From: Octopus sinensis
Taxonomy: Eukaryota
Direction: 5' to 3'
DNA length: 45,245 nucleotides
Assembly (NCBI RefSeq): GCF_006345805.1
Contig: NW_021834814.1
Location: 1 to 45,245, forward strand
Below, piece by piece: positions 35,807-45,245 of the stretch. The position numbers were made by a program, and so were the translations under genes. The notes below the pieces were generated by a model, which was not told the origin of the DNA, searched no databases, and saw nothing but the letters and a program-made list of their open reading frames with translations. Positions within the stretch are counted from its first letter, which is position 1. Every line of letters begins with the position of its first letter.

Positions 35807-35841
<35 letters not shown>

Positions 35842-35842
35842 C

Positions 35843-35877
<35 letters not shown>

Positions 35878-36189
35878 ATATATATACGTATAGATGCAAG
35901 TATGTAATATGCATATGTATATATGCATATATATATTATTTATATTATTATATGATTGAACGCCACGCATCCTCTTCCAACTAAGATTTATCTTAATAAT
36001 TCTGATGCGCACTCTATTCTATCCTTTACACTTTCGTTTTTCTCATTCTTTTACCTCCTTTTCTCCCACTAATCTATCCTATTATTCTTTCATTTTTTCT
36101 CTCTTCCTTTCTCTTATTCCGCTACCTTCCCTTCTTCCCTCCTAATTTTTTCTCATTTATACAATCTCTAAATCTTTTCATCTCCCCTT

Positions 36190-36700
36190 CACAGTTCTCT
36201 GTCACTCTCTCTCCCTCACTCTTCCTCCTTTGCTCACGTGGCTCCCACGTGACCATCGGACATCTTTCTTTCTTCTCCTAACTTGTGTTTCTTTCTTTTT
36301 CTCTGTTGTAGCTGGATCGAGAAGACGTGTTCTTGTCTGTCTCCTGTCCAAGATTGTTTTTACGCGTTCGCCACCACAACCTCATTTAGGTTAGCAGCCT
36401 TTCCTTTTTGTTTTCACTGTCCTGTTTTTGTTACCAATTTTGACCTACCGCAAAATCCCAAATTTTATTTAATTTGCTTTGCGGGAGCAACTGTTTTATC
36501 GAAGGCGTATCTTGTTGTAAAATGCTCGAAATATGGGAATAGAAAAACAGCCAACAACTGTGGAAGGGTCGTTCTATATCTTGTTTCTCTTGTTTTCCAT
36601 TTGTGTCTTTCGTTGCTCGAAAAATCGCTTATATTCCATGTACTCGTACTTCGTATTTTTGTCGTTTATATTTTGTGACGTCCTGTGCCCACATACGCAT
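36190..36700 (+). mobile_element. Diverged member of the permuted-hammerhead repeat family
   Basis: Shares TCACTGTCCTGTT(C/T)TTGTTACCA..CCGCAAAA..CCCAAATTTTATTTAA.TTGCTTTGCGGGA with about 8290-8364; ends at (TA)n. Confidence 0.72.
36448..36575 (+). ncRNA. Non-circularly permuted hammerhead-like RNA (core CTGTGGA, A6 mutated)
   Basis: CGTA-TC-TTGTTG (36506-36517), TGCTC-GAAA-TATG (36523-36535), CAACAA-CTGTGGA-AGGGT (36552-36569). Upstream hairpin, then GAGCA. Confidence 0.72.
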
Positions 36701-36714
36701 ATATATATAATATA

Positions 36715-36772
<58 letters not shown>

Positions 36773-36838
36773 GTATAGATGTAAGTATGTACATATACGT
36801 ATGTATATATGTATATATACATATTATTTATATTGTAT

Positions 36839-36897
<59 letters not shown>

Positions 36898-37571
36898 ATA
36901 GAATATAATATTGTGAGTGTGTTTTGGGGCAGACACGCCCAAAAATACACGCACACATACTCTCACACACTCGCGTGCATCAATATTCAAGAAAAGTAAA
37001 TTACTGGGGTATATTTAAAATGAAATATATATTATATATGTACGTTCTGCTGAAGCAGTGTTGCTATGGTTAGAAACAATTCACCTACCAAAAATATTTT
37101 AAAATCTGATACAAGGATTTTTTTTCCTTCTATCAGTTGCTAAACATTATCTGTGAAAATTTTAGGTATGCATACTCAAGATGTTAATTTTCCAAGCAAA
37201 TGTTAATCAAAAGAAAACCAAAGAAATTCTTTAAACTTACCTGTTAAGTAATTAGAGAATTCAATTTTATACTCTTCGTATTTTTTTGTGTCATAAGTGT
37301 TAGGAAAACTGAGGTCTTGACAGTAAAGAATAACTGTATTGGCTTTGCATGGAATGCGTTGTCGCCAGTAACCCGAGATTTTGCATCAACCTGCGTTAAT
37401 CTACTCTTTTTACAATTTTTGTGCTAAGAAGTTTGCTTCCCGACTTCATGGTTCCGGGTTCATTCCCACTGCATGTCACTTTGACCAAAAGTTTTCTGCC
37501 ACAACCTCGAGCCGACCAAGTCCTTATGCGTTGTTTTGGATGACGGAAACCGGAATAATCCCGTTGTATAC

Positions 37572-37659
<88 letters not shown>

Positions 37660-37661
<2 letters not shown>

Positions 37662-38240
37662 GGCAGAAACGTTAGCACGCCGGGCGAAATGCTTAGCGGT
37701 ATTTCGTCTGCCATTACGTTCTGAGTTCAAATTCCGCCAAGGTCGACTTTGCCTTTCATTCTTTCGGGGTCGATAAATTAAGTACCAGTCACGCACTGGG
37801 GTCGATGTAATCGACTTAATCCGTGTGTCTGTCCTTGTTTGTCCCCTCTATGTTTAGCCCCTTGTGGGTAATAAAGAAATAAGTATTTCGTCTGCCATTA
37901 CGTTCTGAGTTCAAATTCCGCCGAGGTCGACTTTGCCTTTCATCCTTTCAGGGTCGAAAAATTAAGTACCAGTTACGCATTGGGGTCGTTGTAATCAACT
38001 TAACCCCCTTGTTTGTCCCCTCTATGTTTAGCCCTTTGTGGGCAATAAAGAAATTTTAAAAACTTTAGCACGCCGGGCGAAATGCTTAGCGATATTTCGT
38101 CTGTCTTTACGTTCTGAGTTCAAATTACGCCGAGGTCAACTTTGGCTTTCAACTTTACGGGGTCGATGAATTAAGAACCAGTTGAGTACTGGCCCCTTCC
38201 CCCAAAATTTCTGACCTTGTGCCTAGAGCAGAAAAGTTAT
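37660..38240 (+). mobile_element. SINE family B with tandemly repeated body
   Basis: TATTTCGTCTG..TACGTTCTGAGTTCAAATT.CGCC occurs three times (about 37700, 37885, 38093). Confidence 0.8.
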
Positions 38241-38300
38241 TAGGAAAAAAAGCAGTTTCACCAAATGAATTTTCAACGCATTTATATATTCACCTTATAA

Positions 38301-38680
38301 TAATGGAAGCACTCCGTCGGTTACGACGACGAGGGTTCCGGTTGATCCGATCAACGGAACGGCCTGCTCGTGAAATTAACGTGTAAGTGGCTGAGCACTC
38401 CACAGACACATGTACCCTTGACGTAGTTCTCGGGGATATTCAGCATGACACAGAGAGTGACAAGGCCGGCCCTTTGAAATACAGGTACAACAGAAACAGG
38501 AAGTAAGAGAAAGTTGTGGTGAAAGAGTACAGCAGGGATCACCACCATCCTGCCGGAGCCTCGTGGAGCTTTAGGTGTTTTCGCTCAATAAACACTCACA
38601 ACGCCCGGTCTGGGAATCAAAACCGCGATCCCACGACCGCGAGTCCACTGCCCTAACCACTGGGCCATTGCACCTCCACT
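38301..38680 (-). mobile_element. Full-length SINE family C with 12-bp TSD
   Basis: TTCACCTTATAA at 38289-38300 and 38681-38692. An empty paralogous site lies at about 42019-42030. Confidence 0.9.
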
Positions 38681-39183
38681 TTCACCTTATAAAAATGCCA
38701 TTGAACACAGTATGGACGGCGGCAAATTCTCGTATTATCTTTAGCTCCTTTTTTTTCTCATTCTCCCATCATCTCGCAATCCGTTCGGTATACATATCTA
38801 TACGTGAAACTATGATATATTTATGAAGATGCATAAAACAAAACCTACAGATGTACACATTCACTGATTCCAAATACTTGCATATATACATACATAGATA
38901 GACAAATGGACAACTACTCTGTTCATTGTGAATTTCTAATGAACGAGCTTTCGTTCTAGGTTAGAAACCGGCTCTTTCTTCATTGACAAGAAATCCAGAA
39001 GTAAAACAAAACAACACACACACTAACATATACATACACATATATGTGTACGTTTATGTATACATACATACATACATACATAATACATACATACATACAT
39101 ACATACATACACACATACATACATACATACATACATACATACATACATACATACATACATACATACATACATACATACATACA

Positions 39184-39214
<31 letters not shown>

Positions 39215-39239
39215 TCCAAGGAGACAGCCGTTCTGTGAT

Positions 39240-39470
39240 GTTAGTTAGTTAGTTAGTTAATTTGGCTCAAAAGCAAATAGCAAGACCATGTAGGGGGACA
39301 TGGAGTTAAGTACAGGGTGGTGTTCATGTAAAGAGTTCAGGCCACTTGAGGTCAAGGGAGGCTTTGAACAAAGCGGTCGTCGGCATCTTCACCATCTCGT
39401 CTGGCAGCTTGTTCCACGGATCCGCAACTCGGACGGAGAAACCTCCTCTCCTTCGATTGAGATGAAATCG
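39240..39470 (-). mobile_element. CR1-clade LINE 3' end
   Basis: Minus strand RRGGFSVRVADPWNKLPDEMV..LFKASLD, then a short UTR and a (CTAA)n tail. Confidence 0.85.
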
Positions 39471-39472
39471 TG

Positions 39473-41125
39473 CTAAGGAAGTCTGAAGGATATCTCACTG
39501 GTTCACAAGGAAACAGAAATACCAAAATTACACACTGTTTCTTTGTGGATGACTTGAAGCTTTATGCAAAGAATATGCATGAGAAGAAAAAGGGGCTTGA
39601 CCTAGTTACAATATTCTCAAAGGTTGTAGGGTTGGAGTTTGGCCAGGATAAATGTGTTGTTATATGGTTGTATAAAGGGGGAGAAAACTATAAACCAGAC
39701 TAGTAACATCTCCATTAATGAGTTGACTGTTTGCCCTGTATCTGGCGAGGAACGTTACAGGTATCAAGGGGTGGATGAAAACATATCTCACAATTTCACC
39801 TGTAACAAAACACGTGTCACAAAAGAATATTACAGCCGAATAAAGAAAATTTGAACCTCAGAACTCTCTGCATTCAGTAAAACAGTGGCCCACAATATGT
39901 TTGCAGTGTCAGTATTTGGGATGCTTGATCAGACGCTTGATAAGATCCGAGCCATTGATACGAAAACCCGAAAAATACTAACATGCTTCAGCAAAGTTCC
40001 TTGTCTGATAACCTTAAATACATGGCAAAAGAAGTCGCACAACTCTACTGTAATATATCATCAAATGAAAAGATAAGCCTATATGAGCAGCAGACTACGC
40101 ATCAATGTGTCAGTAGAAAGTTCAGAGATGATAGTAACATTGATTATGAAAGCAGTCTATCATGGACCAGTAGCTGGAGTAGTACCTCCCACTTTTAAGG
40201 GTATGCGTCTGAAATCCAGGGACAGGAAATATCAAGTAAATACCTGATGCACAAAAGGGATAAGGATGCAGGAAAAGCAGTAAGATGGGACAACCGATGC
40301 AGACTTTGTGGAGTTAACACTGAAGATATCACCCACATCATAAGCAGTTGTCCGAAAATGTCATCAGGGTATTATCTACCGATGAGACATGATGTTGTAG
40401 CTAGGACTCTCAATAATGAAATTCGTCGGAAAGATAAACCCGAGGATAAAGAAATAAGAACCCACATTAAAAAGGTGTAGTGGTGGAATGTCCCAATGAA
40501 AACCTTAATAAAATTTAAGCACAACAGACCTGATATAATGATTTGAGATAGAGAAGAGAATCTGTGTACAGTTATTGAAATTAGCTGCCCAGTTCAAGAT
40601 CAGTGAGAAGGAGAATCCCTACACTGAACTATTGAGTTACTCTATCCAGAATACAACTTCAAGTTTATACCTGTAATTATTGGGGCTCTGGGAAATATAA
40701 CACTCTAAATATCTAACACTGTCTAAATACTAATCTTATAACACTGCCTAAATACCAATCTTGAGAAATTAGACTTCTCAAAAGCAGAAAGGAGAAGGCT
40801 AATTCGAAGCCTACAGATGTAATCCATCACAGGAACTGTAAATATCTGTGAAACTTACGAGAAGTTTATCATTTAAATATATATGAGCATATCTAGATAT
40901 GCAACTATATGCATGAGAATACAAACATAAAACAAAACATGCAAATCTGCACGTATACATACATACATACATACATACATACATACATTCATGCATGCAT
41001 ACAAAAATACAAACAAAAATACCTTGCTGTTGATTTTGAAATTCCAATGAAGGAGCCTTGGATCTAGGTTAGAAACCGGCTCTTACTCTATTGGCGAGAA
41101 ATCTTGAAATAAACTGAATAATGAC
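39473..41125 (+). mobile_element. R4/Dong-like non-LTR retrotransposon (RT, CCHC knuckle, restriction-like endonuclease), 5'-truncated pseudogene
   Basis: ITHCFFVDDLKLY (RT), CRLCG..EDITHIISSC (CCHC), MRHDVV and HNRPDIMI..VIEISCP (PD-(D/E)xK-like). 3' end abuts (CATA)n. Clade assignment is by motif resemblance only. Confidence 0.82.
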
Positions 41126-41200
41126 ATACATACATACATCATACATACATACATACATACATACATACATACATACATACATACATACATACATACATAC

Positions 41201-41782
41201 AGTGAAAAAGAGAATACTTACACTGAACTATTGAGAAATGTGTAGTTACTCTATCCGGATTACAAGTTCAAGTTTATATCTGTAATTATTGGGGCACTTG
41301 GATATGTAATGCGCTGCCCAAATACCAATCTTGAGGAATTAGGCTTCTCAAAACCAGAATGGAGAAAGCTGGTTCGAAGACTATAGATTCCAGCCATCAC
41401 TGGAACCATAAAAATCTGTAAAACTTTCCAGAACTTTATCCTTAAAGTATAGATGAGCATGTCAAGATATGCAAGTATATGAATGAGAAGACATACATAA
41501 AACAAAACATACAAATCTGCACGTATACATACATAAATGCATGCATACATACATACATACATACATAAATACATACATACATACATACATACATGCATAC
41601 ATACATACATACATACATACATACATACATACATACATACATACATACATACATACATACATACATACATACAAAAATTCTGTTGTTGATGTTGAAATAT
41701 TAATGAAAGAGCCTTGGATCTAGGTTAGAAACCGGCTCTTTCTCTGTTGGCAATAAATCTTGAAATGAAACTGATTAGTGAC
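41201..41782 (+). mobile_element. Second, shorter 3' copy of the R4/Dong-like element in tandem
   Basis: Similar to 40600-41125; preceded and followed by (CATA)n. Confidence 0.85.
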
Positions 41783-42643
41783 ATACATACATACATACAT
41801 ACATACATACATACATACATACATACATGCTTATGAGCAAGATCTTTTATATAACGAATATATATATATATTTAATCTTTTTTTTTCCAGAGTGTGTTTA
41901 ATTCGCTTTGAAAATAAATTACCACTAGTTTATACCATGATACTACGTAAGCAGAATTATTAGTTAAAAAAACAAAAAAAAACAGTTTCACCAAATGAAT
42001 TTTCAACGCATTGATATATTCACCTTATAACAATGCCAACGAACGCAATATGGACGGTGGCGAAGTCTCGTCTTAGCTTGAATTCCTTGTTTTACTCACT
42101 CTCCCATCATGTCGCAATTCGTCCGGTGCCATATCCTGATACAATTAACTATGGAGTGAGTGAGTGCGCAGTGCTTTCTCAGAACAATCGCTATAATATT
42201 TCGTCAAAGAGAACAGAAAGATTAATTTCCCATTATGTCTCTGATTATATTATTGTGTGACCTTAATATGTATAATGGTTAATATCTATAATGGCGGGTG
42301 TACAACGTTCACCTAGTACACGTAGAATACACGCCCCGGACGTCTCCGCATGTTGTACGTATATTATATTTATATGTTACATAATATATGTCTATATGCA
42401 TATATATATATATAAATATATACAAACATGTGTGCGTATTTACAAATATATATGCAAATATATATACATATATATAACATCGTTTTGTATTCTTGTAAAC
42501 ACACACCTACATGTGTGTTATTCGTGTTCTCGTCTTTTTTTAATCATTGGAATTCTTCCTCAGAAAAAAAAAGAACTGGTTTCTGACAAAGATACAAAGC
42601 TCTATCGTTGGAATGTAGATAACAAAAATATCTTTGCGTGTGT

Positions 42644-42676
<33 letters not shown>

Positions 42677-42686
42677 AGTGTATGAG

Positions 42687-42744
<58 letters not shown>

Positions 42745-42747
42745 TAT

Positions 42748-44201
42748 GTACTTGTCTTTCCTGCGCTTAACAAACGGTATTGTGTTTGGAGTAAAAGAAC
42801 TCCATTTAATTTTTTAAATGCGATGAAGGCATTTTTGGTGGATTTGTTCAAACAGTATAAAATGTCTTTCATAAGAAGTCCAAGTTTCACAGGAATACAA
42901 CAAGGATGGTAAGACAAATGATTTGTAAAGTGCCAGCTTTGTATTCTTATTTATATGTCGCTGACACCAAACGCGTGACTCCAAGCCACTAAATGCTTTT
43001 GCTGCCCTTTGAATTCGAAGCTGTATTTCTGTATCAAGATTTCCATCATTTTGAATAGAGCTTCCAAGGTAGACGAACGAATCGATAACCTCGAGTAACT
43101 TTCCCTTTTACAAGAATTTTAATGAGGTTACTAACAGCACCACACGCAGGTTGATGCATTACAATTTTTTTTTTTTTTTTGTCGGGTTCATGATCAAACC
43201 AAAACATTACAAGCTGAGTCAAATGCAGATACAAAAGATTGCAGACCTGTTTCAGAATGGCTGACGACAAGATCGCAATCGTCAGTATACCCTTATGAGT
43301 GACGTAAAAACCTTCGTTTTGAATTTCAGACTGGTCAGATTAAAAACATTCCCTGTTGTTCGATATTTTACGTAAATACCCTCTTCGGAGTTTTGAAAAG
43401 CATGTGACAACACAACAGCAAAGTATATTGCAAAGAGGGTGGGTGCATCAAGGTCTCCTTGCTTTACTCCATTTTCCACGGCAAAAGATTCAGAGAGCCT
43501 ACCACCAAAATTAACTCTAGCTTTCATATCTTGATGCAAATCCCTGATCATGTTTACAAATTTTTCTGGGCAACCTATTTTACTTAGAATTAGCCACTGA
43601 GTATTTCGATTAACAGTATCGAATACTTTGCTCAAATCAACAAAGCAATGGTATAGAGCAAGATTCTGTTCAACCCACTATTCTTGTAATTGTCTGACAG
43701 TAAAGATACAATCAGCTCTGCCCCTGGAGGAACGAAAACCACGCTGAGACTCAGACATTATATCTGGAACTATAAAGGTATTTAAACGTTCTAACAAAAT
43801 GCGGGCAAGTACCTTTCCAACCACAGACAAAAGCGAAATCCCTCGAAAATTACCACACAGATCCTTTGGCCCCGATTTATACAAGGAAACTAAGGTGGCA
43901 TCAATCCAGTCTTGAGGCACTTTCTCACTTCTCCAACAGTGACACTTAATATATTTAAGAGTTCAAATATTTTGTCACCCCCATATTTCAAGACTTCTGC
44001 ACAGATTCCATCAGATCCTCGTGACTTATAGTTATTCAGCTTATTCCCAGCTAAATAAATGTCATTTAGAGTTGGTTCAAATGCCATCTCTTCTATAACT
44101 GGAAGGTGTTCAGTTTTTTCTATCGTCCTCATGTCAACGGATGATGGTCTATTCAAAATTGCAGGAAAATGTTCTACCCAGCGCTTATGAATATAAGCGG
44201 T
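42748..44201 (-). mobile_element. RTE-clade LINE reverse transcriptase pseudogene fragment
   Basis: PQDWIDATLVSLYK..CGNFRGISLLSVVGKVLARILLERL, QRGFR, FTVRQLQE, FDTVNR, GVKQGD..APTLF and VLPSLLYSCETW, with frameshifts. Confidence 0.92.
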
Positions 44202-44301
44202 GTCATACATACATACATACATACATACATACATACATACAAACATTCATACATGCATACGTACGTACATGCTAGTGTGTAGGTTCATTTATATCACAAA
44301 C

Positions 44302-45080
44302 ACTCTTTTACTCTTTTACTTGTTTCAGTTATTTGACTGTGGCCATGCTGCAGCATTGACTTTAGTCGAGAAAATCGACCCCAGGACTTATTCTTTGTAA
44401 GCCTAGTACTTACTTGTTTTATCGGTCTCTTTTGCTGAATCGCTGAGTTACGGGGACGTAAACACACCAGCATCTGTTGTCAAGCTATGTTGGGGGGACA
44501 AACACAGACGCACAAACACATACACATACACACACACACACGCACACACACACACATATATATACCAAATCTACTCACAAGGCTTGGACTGAACCCAGAA
44601 GCTACATACCACATAGCCACTCCTACGCCAATTATATATAAAAAATATATTTTTAAAAATCGTTTTCCTGTTTCAGTCATTAGACTGAGGCCATGCTGGA
44701 GCACCGCCTCGAAAAATCTTCAGTCGAATGAGACGACCCCAATATTTATTTTTAAGCTTGGTTCTTATTCTATCAGATTCTTTTGCCAAACCGTTAAGTC
44801 TAGGGGACGTAAATACTAGTTGCCAAGCGGTGGTGGAGGATAGACACAAAGACACACACACGTACACACACACACACACACACACACACGCATGCATACA
44901 CACACACACACATACGGAAGGCTTCTTTAAGTTTCCGTCTACCAAATCCACTCGCAAGGCACAGGTCAGCCTTAGGCTATAGTAGAAGACACTTGCCCAA
45001 GATGCCACGCTGTGGGACTGAACTCGGAACCACGGGGTTGGAAAGCAAACTTTTTTACGCACATAGAAGCATGCTAATGC
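44302..45080 (-). mobile_element. Two adjacent SINE family A copies
   Basis: About 44302-44630 (head partly deleted) and 44665-45080, each with a central (CA)n. Confidence 0.8.
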
Positions 45081-45202
45081 GGTGTGTATATACATATATA
45101 TATTTATATAACAAATATTTATATATGTATGTATATACATACGCATGCCCACACACACCACACACAACGCTTCTATTATATATATCTATATCTGTATATA
45201 TA

Positions 45203-45245
<43 letters not shown>

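Overview
AT-rich, repeat-saturated eukaryotic (animal) genomic DNA. The SINE families and the (TA)n/(CA)n/(CATA)n/(GATA)n density resemble an octopod cephalopod; this is inference from pattern recognition, not a search. No intact host protein-coding gene is evident and nearly all ORFs in the track are microsatellite artefacts. The window holds decayed retroelements (Penelope-like/PLE with GIY-YIG, RTE, CR1-like, an R4/Dong-like restriction-like-endonuclease LINE), DNA-transposon remnants (mariner, hAT, a TA-flanked MITE) and several tRNA-derived SINE families. The main signal is about a dozen hammerhead-ribozyme (HHR) motifs. (i) A 360-bp tandem plus inverted retrozyme/pseudo-LTR-like array carries a type I HHR with a U3-A8 core (4859-5893). 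(ii) A dispersed family (8.3, 25.9, 36.4 kb, plus a truncated copy at 14.5 kb) has the three HHR strands in a non-circularly permuted order, supported by compensatory changes in the predicted helices. (iii) Several minimal type I HHRs lie at PLE 3' ends. All RNA structures were derived by eye and no activity has been tested.
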